From positions 27,156,001 to 27,220,000 of the forward strand of contig NW_027266343.1 in assembly GCF_022045235.1 (NCBI RefSeq): a stretch of 64,000 nucleotides of DNA, in the 5' to 3' direction. Both the position numbers and the translations under genes were made by a program. The DNA comes from Haliotis cracherodii (lineage: Eukaryota). The notes under the pieces were generated by a model that saw nothing but the letters and a program-made list of their open reading frames with translations, ran no database searches and was not told where the DNA came from. Below are positions 14,147 through 26,551 of the stretch, in pieces (within the stretch, counting starts at the first letter, position 1; each line of letters begins with the position of its first letter).

Positions 14147-15040
14147 TGGTTGTCTTTTCTCCCAAAATGAGCTGATACGCCGTCATATACCTGCAAAAAT
14201 GTTCGAAGCGACGTTTATCCCGCCCAACACGTGGTGTTTTCCTCGACCTCGGTCATGACACTGACGCACAACATCCCCTCTCTGTAATCAGGAAGAGGAG
14301 TGTAGAGGAGGAGCTCATCATGGGCGTGGACGTCTCCCCAGGGCAGGATAGCGTGCTGGCGCACCCTGAGGGATGCCACTGCTCCGTGATTCACTCCACT
14401 CTAGATGTCCTTCAGGCTTAAACCTGAACGAATGTATCATATACATAAAATCAGAAGTACTTAAAATGTTTGAAACCGAGCAGAATTATGTTTAGTTGTA
14501 TCTTGACGTTTGACCTGTCTGTAAATTAATTCGAAAACCTAAGCGGAAAGACGTTTCCTAATTTATATAACCCCACCAGCAAACATTTTTTCATTGAAAG
14601 AATATCCGGTTTTGCACATGTAGCTGAAAAAAATATCCAGTCGTCATACAACATCCCATCAACCCCCGCCCGGAATATCAAATGCTTAGAGAATCATCAG
14701 TGATTTCGGTTATGAGCCTTAAGAATATTGTATTATATGTTGATTTGAATATTTGTGCATCTTGCAAAATTAAAAATCGCTTCCAATGCCGTAATAATAT
14801 TTTATTTACACATAAAACAATATATTTTAAAGTAGAGATACTCTGACACATTACACAAGTGCACGTTTGGTTAAAACATCCGGGGTTGTAACGGACTGCA
14901 ACAGCTCCAGATGCTGAGAAACATATTAATGACTTGCCCCCGAGTGTAAATTTTAGCACTTAACGAGTCAATTGAAGACGTCGAAGTTATCAATTTGATT
15001 AATCATATGTCAAGATGTCTCCCTTGGCATAGGGGTGATA

Positions 15041-15112
15041 TGACGTCATCAAGACCGGTCCTTTGATTGGATGACAGAGTAAAGGACTGGTCACGTATGT
15101 TTCCTATAAATA
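15041..15112 (+). promoter_or_regulatory. Core promoter of copy 1
   Basis: TGACGTCA (CRE) at 15041, ATTGG (inverted CCAAT) at 15066, TATAAATA at 15105, ATG 71 nt after the TATA start. Confidence 0.65.
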
Positions 15113-15175
15113 TCGGCTTAATAGTACAATGTACATTCGAAGTTGCCTCCTTAGAGTCCTTAACGTTCAGCCAAT

Positions 15176-16249
15176 ATGATAAGAAATATTGTTATCTTAT
15201 TGGGAGCCATGGTGATGGTATCCACGGTAACAGCGCAGCAACAAGGCATGACTCCATGCCAGACCTCCTTTTTACAAAGCATTAATACTTGCTTTCAGAA
15301 CAGTCAGCTACTTTTCGACAATTTTGTGTGGCTTTTTACAAATGGAACAAACGGACAAGCTCCCGACAACGCCGACACGATGAAGACTAATGCCTGCGCA
15401 AAGCAAGAACCATTGGTTCAGTGCGGTGTGGAGTTCATGAGGACATTGATCAACTCTACTTCGTGTGCAGCAACTCAAACACAACAGGATCAGAGACCCC
15501 TCATCGACAGACAGTTCCGTTCCCTCTTCGGATCTCTGGATGAGATGTGCGCACACCCATGTCGACGAACACTCACGGAGGATCTACGTCAGTGTTATGT
15601 TGACGCCAACCTTGACCCCACCCTCTTCCTCTCCAACTCCACCATGGGCCGCGGTGCCATCATCGGCACCACAGCGGATCAGGCTGACACTTATTGTAAG
15701 AACAAAGACTCTCTCGTTACATGCATGAAACAGAAGAGAGACGACTGTCCTGAATCTCCCATGATTCTCCGCGCCATCGGCCTTGACATTGAATCTATGG
15801 ACAAAGGTGTTGGAGTTCTGTGCGCTCACCCTGACGTGTACCTCAACGGCATCGACTGTTTCGCCGAGCCCACAGACGCTGTTGTGTCATGTCAGCAGAC
15901 AATGAACAAGAAGACCATGGAGTTGATGATGACGGCCCAACAAGAGAAACTCAGTGAGGATGATTTCTTCAACAGATTCTGTGACGTCCGTCTGGAACAC
16001 ATCAGCTGTGATCTGGAAGCCTGGATCAAAAAGAACAACAAGTCTTGCTCGAAAGCCGTCATTGGTTTAAGGACGGAGTTGGAGTGTGGTCTTCTTCCAG
16101 ACAACTGCGGTGCTACTCACAAACAGACCATTGACGAGGTCTGTCATCCTGGTAACTTCGAGACGGACCTGAGACCCAGTGGAGCTAGCTCCGCCTCGGC
16201 AACACTGACAGTTCTGCTTGTGTCGGTTTTGGTGACGTCACTGCACTGA
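15176..16249 (+). CDS. Copy 1: intronless cysteine-rich surface/secreted protein, 357 aa, signal peptide plus GPI-type tail; most diverged paralog
   Basis: Uninterrupted ATG-to-TGA ORF. Hydrophobic leader MIRNIVILLGAMVMVSTVTA. Same Cys skeleton as the other 7 copies. Tail SGASSASATLTVLLVSVLVTSLH. TATAAATA at 15105 and ATTAAA at 16443. Confidence 0.92.
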   Translation: MIRNIVILLGAMVMVSTVTAQQQGMTPCQTSFLQSINTCFQNSQLLFDNFVWLFTNGTNGQAPDNADTMKTNACAKQEPLVQCGVEFMRTLINSTSCAATQTQQDQRPLIDRQFRSLFGSLDEMCAHPCRRTLTEDLRQCYVDANLDPTLFLSNSTMGRGAIIGTTADQADTYCKNKDSLVTCMKQKRDDCPESPMILRAIGLDIESMDKGVGVLCAHPDVYLNGIDCFAEPTDAVVSCQQTMNKKTMELMMTAQQEKLSEDDFFNRFCDVRLEHISCDLEAWIKKNNKSCSKAVIGLRTELECGLLPDNCGATHKQTIDEVCHPGNFETDLRPSGASSASATLTVLLVSVLVTSLH

Positions 16250-16634
16250 GAACAAGACATTCTAATCGGTGTATATTCTGAATACCGGGGAAGCAGAAGG
16301 CTTTCTCACATGTCCCGATGATGTCTTTACCTTGACGGAGAAAGGGACCCTTTGCTTTATGTTTCGGGACAGTGGAGTGCACTAGAGCTGGCATGCGTAA
16401 AGATAACAACTGTATATATGAACAAGTTATATGTTAGTTATCATTAAATTTCTAAGAACTCGAGATTCTTTTATTTTTTTACTTTTAACTGTATTTCGGA
16501 AGGACTGACACCTTGGGCAGATGGAATAATCTCCCCGCTTGGAAATAGTGAAAAGCAGTGACTTTTCATCTGGACCTATAACACAATTAATTTAGGTATG
16601 GGCATACATATATGTATAATAAAATGTACACCGT

Positions 16635-18940
16635 ACAGTAGAGCTATGGGACCAATACGTGCGTCTTTCAGTAGAGCTATGGGGCCAATACGTGTGTCTT
16701 ACAGTAGAGCTATGGGACCAATACGTGCGTCTTTCAGTAGAGCTATGGGGCCAATACGTGTGTCTTACAGTAGAGCTATGGGACCAATACGTGCGTCTTT
16801 CAGTAGAGCTATGGGGCCAATACGTGTGTCTTACAGTAGAGCTATGGGACCAATACGTGCGTCTTTCAGTAGAGCTATGGGGCCAATACGTGCGTCTGAC
16901 AGTAGAGCTATTGGGCCAATACGTGCGTCTGACAGTAGAGCTATGGGGCCAATACGTGCGTCTGACAGTAGAGCTATGGGGCCAATACGTGCGTCAGACA
17001 GTAGAGCTATGGGGCCAATACGTGCGTCAGACAGTAGAGCTATGGGGCCAATACGTGCGCCTTACAGTAGAGGTATGGGGCCAATACGTGCGTCTTAAAG
17101 TAGAGCTGTGGGGCCAATACGTGCGCGCCTTACAGTAGAGAAATGGGGCCAATACGTGCGCCTGACAGTAGAGCTATTGGGCCTATACGTGTGCCTTACA
17201 GTAGAGCTATGGGGCCAATACGTGCGCCTGACAGTAGAGCTATGGGGCCTATACGTGCGTCTGTTAGTAGAGCTATGGGGCCAATACGTGCGTCTGACAG
17301 TAGAGCTATGGGGCCAATACGTGCGTCTGACAGTAGAGCTATGGGGCCAATACGTGCTCCTGACAGTAGAGCTATGGGGCCAATAAGTGCGCGCCTTACA
17401 GTAGAGCTATGGGGCCAATACGTGTGCCTTACAGTAGAGCTATGGGGCCGATACGTGCGTCTGACAGTAGAGCTGTGGGGCCAATACGTGTGCCTGACAG
17501 TAGAGCTATGGCTCCAATACGTGCTCCTGACAGTAGAGCTATGGGGCCAATAAGTGTGCCTTACAGTAGAGCTATGAGGCCGATACGTGCGTCTGACAGT
17601 AGAGCTATGGGGCCAATACGTGTGCCTTACAGTAGAACTATGGGGCCAATACCTGCGCCTGACAGTAGAGCTATGGGGCCAATACGTGCGCCTTACAGTA
17701 CAGCTATGGGACCAATACGTGTGCCTTACAGTAGAGCTATGGGGCCAATACGTGCGTCTGACAGTAGAGCTATGGCTCCAATACGTGTGCCTTACAGTAG
17801 ACCTATGGGGCCAATAGTTGCGCCTTACAGTAGAGCTATGGGGCCAATACGTGTGCCTTCCAGTAGAGCTATGGGGCCAATACGTGCGTCTGACAGTACA
17901 GCTATGGGGCCAATACGTGCGTCTGACAGTAGAGCTGTGGGGCCAATACGTGCGCCTGACAGTAGAGCTATGGGGCCAATACGTGCTCCTGACAGTAGAG
18001 CTGTGGGGCCAATACGTGCTCCTGACAGTAGAGCTACGGGGCCAATACGTGCGTCTGACAGTAGAGCTATGGGGCCAATACGTGCGTCTGACAGTAGAGC
18101 TATGGGGCCAATACGTGCGTCTGACAGTAGAGCTATGGGGCCAATACGTGCGTCTGACAGTAGAGCTATGGGGCCAATACGTGCGTCTGACAGTAGAGCT
18201 ATGGGGCCAATACGTGCGTCTGACAGTAGAGCTATGGGGCCAATACGTGCGTCTGACAGTAGAGCTATGGGGCCAATACGTGCGTCAGACAGTAGAGCTA
18301 TGGGGCCAATACGTGCGTCAGACAGTAGAGCTATGGGGCCAATACGTGTGCCTTACAGTAGAGCTATGGGGCCAATACGTGCGTCTGACAGTAGAGCTTT
18401 GGGGCCAACACGTTTGCCTGACAGTAGAGCTATGGGGCCAATACGTGCGCCTTACAGTAGAGGTATGGGGCCAATACGTGCGTCTTTTAGTAGAGCTATG
18501 GGGCCAATACGTGCATCTGACAGTAGAGCTATGGGGCCAATACGTGCGTCTGACAGTAGAGCTATGGGGCCAATACGTGCTCCTGACAGTAGAGCTATGG
18601 GGCCAATAAGTGCGCGCCTTACAGTAGAGCTATGGGGCCAATACGTGTGCCTTACAGTAGAGCTATGAGGCCGATACGTGCGTCTGACAGTAGAGCTATG
18701 GGGCCTATACGTGTGCCTTACAGTAGAACTATGGGGCCAATACCTGCGCCAGACAGTACAGCTATGGGGCCAATACGTGCGCCTGACAGTAGGGCTATGG
18801 GGCCAATACGTGCGCCTTACAGTAGAGATGGGGCCAATACGTGCGCCTGACGCTAAAGCTTTTGGGCCGACACGTGTGCCTTTCACTGGAGCTATGGGGC
18901 TATTACGTGCGCCGTACATTTATGCTTTGGGTCTTATACA
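16635..18940. repeat. 33-bp minisatellite, about 70 units, consensus ACAGTAGAGCTATGGGGCCAATACGTGCGTCTG
   Basis: Directly visible tandem array that degenerates at the right end. Confidence 0.97.
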
Positions 18941-20061
18941 TGCACGATAGAATTCCGTTGTAAGGCCAATCTGGCCTAAGGGGCCAAATATATTCTGGTT
19001 TGCAGGACTAATTCGGATTTGCTAGACCAAACTTTTCCCGGGCCCAGATAGTTTTGTAAGTGGTATTTTAATTAGATTAAATTTAATTTAATTAAGTCGT
19101 TCTTAAGGATTACATTCAATATTGTGATGGCCATCACGAAGAATGTATATTTATTAATGTATCTAAATTGTAAAATTTATAGTTATGACAGGTTGTAAAT
19201 ATTTAGAAAGCAAGACATATTTCATAAATATTTCCCTGTTGTATTTTTTATGCTTATATGACAGTGCACGAATTATATGATAATTATCCTGTAAACTGTA
19301 ATTAGTTTTGCAGGTACATACAAAACTATCAAAATAAGTGGTCCCTTCGAGTTCGTTATAACCGTAGTTTACTATAGTATATTATTGCCAACCTCGTTTT
19401 CACGTAATTCAATGTTTTAAAATTCGTTTTGGTCAGAAATCTATCAGGTGATCATAGCATGCAGTTATAGAGCTTCATAGCATACTGATATCTCGTAAAA
19501 TAATTATATATCAATGCCACCATGTTACGCATATTGATCAGGATATGTCAGTACCTCATAGGCGTCGATGTCGATAACGTGCCTGTCAATCGATCTTATT
19601 TACTTTTCAAGAGTTTTCCAATGACCGCAACTTTTGAAGAATTCATCGTTCTAAGCATACTCAGTATCAGTTATAGATAAATCATACTTTCGTTCTTAAA
19701 CAAACAGTTCACAATGCCTTGGCAGCTCAATTTCCGCCATTTTAACTTTGTGACAGCTGGCTTGGGTCGCAATGAAGTTAAAGCTAAGCAATTGTGCTTT
19801 ATACAGTTTATTTAACCTAATGAATTACGTACAGAGGAACCAAGAATCGTACTTGATGTTATGTCATACTTGACAAGTCTACACATTTTCATAAACAAAT
19901 GTCAAAGAATGGTTACGGTTGATTAAGAAAGTATTCCTTATTTGTGAAAATCTACTTGTTTTTGCGTAGTTATCCTTTGTTTACATTGGTTGTACGGATC
20001 CACGTGCTGTCATCGAAGCCCAACGGAGAGCTAGCGATACGGTCACTTTGGTATATACATA

Positions 20062-21568
20062 TACTCACACGAAAAATAAACGCAAGTGGTTTTCAGCAAA
20101 TAGGTAACAAACACGGAACCATAAATTGATACGAGTTTTAGCATGTAGTGAAGCCTGATGGTGTTATCAATATTTTTGGCTGCATTTTGGAAGCCCCGAG
20201 TAAAAACGCAACATAAAAAACGAATCGACAAAACGCACCATTTCAATGAATATGTGGGTATCATGCACCCATTTCTCGCGAAATCGAAAATGCACTAACT
20301 GTCACGAACTGTAGTGGGTATAAAACTGTGGCCGATTCTTAGACCTACCACTCCTTGGTCAACAATGCCACGCCTAACTCAAATTCAGAGAAACCAGGCT
20401 ATCGGACGTTTGGAAGATGGAGACTCTGTCCAAGATGTTGCCCGTCATTTCAACATAACCACAATTTACCGTCACCTGCATCAATACAATGCTACACAGA
20501 CCACAGATGACCTTCCTCGGAGCGGTCGTCCTAGGGTCACCACATCTCGACAAGATCGGCAGATTACCCGTCAACACCCGTCGACATCCGTTCCTAACTG
20601 CAAGTGAAAGTGCTCGACAGACCATAGGAACACATAATCGACATATTAGCCGGGACACTGTTATCCGACGTCTACGATTCCAACAACCTCAGATGTCGCC
20701 GACCAGCACGTCGTCCTGCTCTCCAACCACGGCATCGACAAGCACGATTTGGCGTCATCGTGAGTGAAGGCGTGTCATCTTCTCTGATGAAAGTCGCTTT
20801 TGTGTCTCCCATGCAGACGGAAGAGTCAGAATTTGGCGGCGTCGAGGTGATCGTTTCGCTGACAGAAACGTTGTGGAAAGGGATCCATGGGGTGGACCTA
20901 GCGTCATGATATGGGCAGGGATTGGTCTTAATGTCAGACTTGGACCCATGTGCTTTCTGAATGTTGGTCAAGGTCGGGGACACGGCGTCACTGCTCAGCG
21001 GTATATCGACCAAGTGATGAGACCCCACGTTGTTCCATTGTTTGCACAACATCAACAACACATTTTCCAGCAGGACAACTCTCGTCCTCGAGCTACCATG
21101 GCCTTTTTGCAACAACGCAACATCCGTGTTCTACCGTGGCCAGCCCTCAGCCGTGATCTGAACCCCATCGAACACTTGTGGGATGAGGTTCAAAGGCGTC
21201 TGCACAATGCGCTCAGTCCCTACAACTGCCGATGAACTACGCACAGCTGCTCTGGATGTGTGCAGGAGGATCCCTAGGGCCTTCACAAATCGTCTGATCC
21301 ATTCAATGTACATGAGATGTGTGGCAGTGATCAATGCTAATGGTGGTCACACCAGGTATTGACTGACATTTTGGGTATTGACCCGAAACTGTGTAAGCCC
21401 TTAACATTTGAAAAAAAACAATTATGTCATCCGCCTTTAAATCCATTAAACTGTCTTCAGTCAAATTTTTTGGCAATTTTGCCCTATTAGTATTTCTTGT
21501 CTTTACTGTTGAAAATAAATAACATGTATATTGCATACTCGACTTGCGTGCTTTTTTTCTTGTGAGTA
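20062..21568 (+). mobile_element. Full-length, inactivated Tc1-like DNA transposon
   Basis: Imperfect TIRs (TACTCACACGAAAAATAAACGCAAGT / ACTTGCGTGCTTTTTTTCTTGTGAGTA) flanked by TA. Frameshifted transposase at 20365-21362 with HTH region, RSGRPRVT, FSDES, QQDN, DLNPIEHLW and GGHTRY*. Confidence 0.93.
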
Positions 21569-24167
21569 TATATATTGTCATGCAACTCACTGTTGCAGTT
21601 GTAGTAGCATATCTATATATAAATATGCGAAACAATATGTAAAACTTCCACTGACCTCGTCCTATTGTTATCTTGTCGAGTTAAATCTCCAAAACGGGGA
21701 TGTTGTAATGTACCCGGGAATATTTAGGATACTCCAGGCCTGTTTGCTATGTAATGTCTAATAATATCCCGGTCGTTTTATAACTAAAACTTCCGTTCAG
21801 ATTGTAACATGTAATGAAATGTAAAATCGAATTACAAATGAGTGTACCACTAGGCTACGGAGGCGCTGATAAATCGCAGTGCCTTTGTCAAGAACCGTAT
21901 GGTTCTGGGCGCATGGAAAGTATGTTTGAAACATAAAAAATGTTAATAAACGCTGTTTTAAGTTTCATTTTGTTCGGTTTATAAGTTAGATAAAACAATT
22001 CTCCTGTTATTTTTAATGATATTTGAAACTCTTATCCTTGCTATTCGGGGCTTACGTCCCTCGGTTTTAAATATCATAAAAACCCTCGGACGTGCTTTAT
22101 CTTACACGTAAATGCAGTATATGTGATCAGATTGGAACGGTTCGTCTACAATGTGATGAAGGCCTGAGTGCCATTGACTTGCTTCAAAGCGAGAGCTTGC
22201 CTTTATATTCCATGTTTCCCAGTCTGTGATTTGCAGACTTTGGAATAGGTCTCTGTGGACACAAAATGTTCGAACTGGGCGATGCGCTGCAAGAGGTGTG
22301 GACAAGGCTCCCTCGAGTTGTCATTGGGAGATTGACTATTCCAACTGTTAATGTAAGTAGAAGAACACTGCCTTGACATGTAGGAAACAGATGAGAGGCG
22401 ACTGTCCGGAAGCTGCCACCACTCCCATGCCACGCCCTATAAACAAATGTTTGACCAATTGAGGGGGCATGACCCATTGTTGATCAAACGTTTATTTAAG
22501 ATTACCCACCCTGTCGGGACTGTCTTGTTGATTTTCATGTTACACCTGGTCCCTCCTATTCGTTATCCATCAGTCACCACCACCACTCGATACCTCGTTG
22601 TATTTCTGTAACCATGAGTCATGTCGAATATCCCCTCCAGGGTTTAAGAGTAAACGTCCCTGATCAGGATTGGGATAACCTGAAAGCGGCGTTAAACCAT
22701 ACTCACTAACTCACTCACTCAATCAATTAGTTTAGGACATGGACTTTATATCCACATGCAACTTCTTCCGTCCTCAAAAGGCCTCATGAAACATTGGACA
22801 ATCGTGTTTGTACACAACAAACAGGAATATATATATCACATGTAGAGCTATGAGGTATGTACGAGGTAGATCGCAAAGAACAATGAAAAACGAAGCGTGG
22901 TTTATTTCACTGTTCTATCATGACGTACTTTCTGGAGATTCGAACATTCGCTCGCAACTTGACGTTTTAAATTGAACGAAGTTGTTTTGAGAGGGAAGTG
23001 TCTACTGTGTTGTTTCCCTTAGATGTAGCTGAGCAACGTAGATAAATGCAATGGCCGAATGATCGCATCCCAAAGTGGGCGAGATATGACATTCGGTATA
23101 GGGACAAATAGGTACAGATAATCGACGTGAAACTTGAAACGTGAAACTCCGACATCGCCGAGATCCAATTTTATTCAGGGAGACATCATTATTTAAATAC
23201 GGGTAAACAGTTTCAAACCTTGTGCATAGTTTAACATCCTTGAATAGACTATACATAATGCTGATGTCTCATATACGAAATAAAACACTGCAGGGGAGAT
23301 AAACCACTACATTGTACGATAAACAATTTCCACTCGTCGTTTATTTCTTAAGTAGACCATACGCGGTTTCAGACGGAGCCGCTTACCCGTGCACATGCAT
23401 CATCAGGTACGACGCGTGAGTCGTGGATGGAGTGAGCGAATCTGTTCTGTGCAAGGCTATCCCCAGGTACTATTATCAAGGCATACCAAGGAGGGATTGC
23501 AGATAGTGAGTGTGTTGGGTTTAACGTCGACTTCACCTGTACTCAAGTTCTATCGTGACGTACCAGATTAATGCGGGGGGAATTCCCGAAATGACCCTTG
23601 TCGTGGACGTTACAATATGTATGAGACCCACGAGCACTGTCATGGAAAACCCCTAGGATACTAATCTGAACGAATAGGGATGCGAACGCAACAAAACTCG
23701 GTATTGTTTCCCAAAAGGTCGATCTTACGGCTCCAAGTAACAGCTTGCCACTTTTGTTTGCCCAGAACAGTACAAATAGGCTAAACTCCACTTGAAACAT
23801 AAAAAAACATTAGTTCTTCAAAACATGTTGAAATGAATATCTGTGTTTCTTTATCCACCTCTGTTGTCTTTTGTCGGTTTGTCATTCGTTCATCTTGTTT
23901 TCAAAATTCAGGTCATTTAACTTACAATACTACACTTTAACCTTGCTTGCTTATACAAAACTAGAGTCCATAATCGTTTGTATGATAGTCTCTCAAAAAC
24001 AGTAAAGACGGATGACAAAAATGACATGATAGCCATTATAAGTGTTAAAAAATATATTTCATAAAACAATTTACTAAATAATCATTATATTTAAACACAT
24101 GAAGTCTATGAGTAAATTATGGATTTGCTTTCTAAAAGCAAAGGATTCATCTCAAGTCACCATGATG

Positions 24168-25253
24168 TCAGTGAAAAGGGATCACATTTGGAATTATCCA
24201 AATTAGAAATGTACCAATTGTAGCTGAAGCTGTGGTGCCACTGTTAAAAGGTCTTGTGTCCTTCTTAAAGTTTTCATGGTGACAGACCTTGTCAATGGTC
24301 TGTTTATGCGTTGAACCACAGTTGTCTGGAAGAAGACCACACTCCAACTCCGTCCTCAAACCAATGACGGCATCCGCACAAGACTTGTGGTTCTTTTTGC
24401 TCCAGGCTTCCAGATCACAGCTGACGTGCTCCAGGCGGACGTCACAGAATCTGTTGAAGAACTGGTCCTCTTTGAGGTTCTGTTGTTCTGCCGTCATCAT
24501 CAACTCCATGGTCTTCTGGTTCATTATCTGCTGGCACGACACAACAGCGTCTGTGGGTTCCGCAAAACAGTCGATGCCGTTGAGGTACACGTCAGGGTGA
24601 GCGCACAGAACTCCAACACCTTTGTCCATAGATTCAATGTCAAGGCCGATGGCGCGGAGAATCATGGGAGATTCAGGACAGTCGTCTCTCTTCTGTTTCA
24701 TGCATGTCACGAGAGAGTCTTTGTTCTTACAGAAAATGTCAGCCTGATCCACTGTTGTGCCGATGATGGCACCGCGGCCCATGGTGGAGTTGGACAGGAA
24801 GAGGGTGGGGTCAAGGTTGGCGTCAACATAACACTGACGTAGATCCTCGGTGAGTGTTCGTCGACATGGGTGTGCGCACATCTCATCCAGAGATCCGAAG
24901 AGAGAACGGAACTGTCTGTCGATGAGGGGTCTCTGATCCTGTTGTGTTTGGCTCGGGGCACACATCGTAGAGTTGATCAATGTCCTCATGAACTCCACAC
25001 CGCACTGAAGCAACGCCTCCTGCTTGCTACAAGCATCTTGTCTGAACGCGTCGGGACTGTCGGGCGCTTGTCCGTTTGTTCCGTTTGACAATAAGTATAA
25101 GAAGTTATTAAAGTTCATCTGACTATTTTGAACACAGGTGTTGAGGTTTTGAACAAAGTTATTTTGACACGGGGTCATCCCTTGTTGACTTTGAGCCATT
25201 GTCATGGAAACAAGAACCATGGCAACACAACAAGACAATGTTTTTCCAAACAT
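24168..25253 (-). CDS. Copy 2: cysteine-rich signal-peptide/GPI-type protein, 361 aa
   Basis: First ATG is at 25253 (MFGKTLSCCVAMVLVSM); the ORF-track start at 25286 is not ATG. TATATAAA on the minus strand at 25303-25310. Paralogous to the other copies. Confidence 0.92.
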   Translation of the reverse strand: MFGKTLSCCVAMVLVSMTMAQSQQGMTPCQNNFVQNLNTCVQNSQMNFNNFLYLLSNGTNGQAPDSPDAFRQDACSKQEALLQCGVEFMRTLINSTMCAPSQTQQDQRPLIDRQFRSLFGSLDEMCAHPCRRTLTEDLRQCYVDANLDPTLFLSNSTMGRGAIIGTTVDQADIFCKNKDSLVTCMKQKRDDCPESPMILRAIGLDIESMDKGVGVLCAHPDVYLNGIDCFAEPTDAVVSCQQIMNQKTMELMMTAEQQNLKEDQFFNRFCDVRLEHVSCDLEAWSKKNHKSCADAVIGLRTELECGLLPDNCGSTHKQTIDKVCHHENFKKDTRPFNSGTTASATIGTFLIWIIPNVIPFH

Positions 25254-25302
25254 GCTGATGTACCGATTGAGAAATGTGAAAAACAAGTGAAGTCCAGGGT
25301 AC

Positions 25303-25506
25303 TTTATATACTTGAACTCGAATATTTGTTATTACGGGGGTGTGACTTTTCCTCCAATCAAGGGGCAGGAGACAGATTATGTCACAATGGATGCTGACAT
25401 TCTGTTGATGAAGGTACCATATTAGTTACTGAATTTATCACAATCACTTCCTCAACTGAATGTGAGATTGTAAAGGGCCGTGTGAACTTCCCTGATTGTT
25501 ACGTCA
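25303..25506 (-). promoter_or_regulatory. Promoter of copy 2
   Basis: On the gene strand, TGACGTAA, GGGAAGTTCAC, GAGGAAGT, ATTGG and TATATAAA occur in the same order as in copies 3-8. Confidence 0.65.
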
Positions 25507-26339
25507 CACTGGGTTGGCCGCGACTGCCCCGGAGATAATGAGATATTATAACACCGGCCAATCATTGTTTGATCTACTAAATCATTACGCTTTAATGATA
25601 AACGTATAATGACAGACTCAAAGTCACCAACAAAAAGAATATGCACCAAACAGGAGAAACAGCAGAACCGCAGTTGTGTCAATTTATAAGAAACAAACTT
25701 TATTTCAACGTGTATATTAATATAAACGTTCGAAAATATATATTTGTAACTAAAACATATTTCTTTAAAGTGTTACCTGTTCGGAAATGAAACCTAGAAA
25801 CAATATAAACACCCTTTTAGAAACATCTAATCTAAACAGGTAATGGTACCTCCCAACTTAAAGATACGTGTTAGAATTTCTCTTCACCAACCCATGCTTG
25901 TCGTAAGAGTCGGAAAACGGATCGTGCGATCAATGTGTGGTTAATGTATGTCGTCGCATCCGCATTACGTACGCCGATGCTCATGATATCAATCAGTGGT
26001 TTGCCTGGTACAGTACCGCACTACATACCCACAAAATCACCTATTCTACGTGTTTAAAGCCCATACATGTTTAGAATGGTGTTTAACAATCGCAATGTTT
26101 GTTGGACTCAAAGTTGTTCACTAGTTAGTCAGGAGAGATATGTTGACCATCATTGTTCACACAAACACATTTCAATAATATCCTTACATTCACAAACGTA
26201 TATTCACATCAACTACTTCAATATCATCTGAATAGTGAATAGGTAAGTTTGCTTTTATAAATACAGCAGCATGCGAGAGTCAATGATTTTCAAAAATGTA
26301 CTTATTTGAACTGAAGTGTTAAGGCACAGCAATTCGATC

Positions 26340-26551
26340 TGCAGGGTTGCGTCCCTTGGGCACGCCACTAACCTATGATTCAAGTAGGAATCCCGGTTCG
26401 CCCCCATTATGTTTCCTGGTTTGTCAGCACCATACCCCTGCTCGTGGGTTTCACCAAAGTGAGACTTATGTCACTTCGGGTTTTCCTCCCACATTAATCT
26501 GACACACGGTGATTTAACTGGAATACGGCGTTAAGCCAAACTTACTCACTC
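26340..26551 (+). mobile_element. SINE family B, degraded
   Basis: GTTGCGTCCCTT...ATTATGTTTC...GTTTGTCAGCACCATACCC shared with the copy at 13541. Confidence 0.8.

Noticed and set aside
15176-16450. Retrogene origin of the intronless genes
   Set aside because: No poly(A) remnant or TSD is visible, promoters are duplicated with the genes, and an ancient retroposition cannot be tested from this window.
16635-18940. CRISPR-like appearance of the 33-bp repeat
   Set aside because: Units are contiguous with no unique spacers, there are no cas genes, and the context is eukaryotic.
16598-18950. Long ORFs (up to 419 aa) of SRAMGPIRASD / VELWGQYVRLT repeats
   Set aside because: They arise because the 33-bp unit is a multiple of 3 and lacks stops in two frames. 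Occasional 35-bp units shift the frame freely, and there is no signal peptide or unique domain.
22152-22680. Possible solo LTR starting TGTGATG
   Set aside because: No matching terminus or TSD could be identified by eye.
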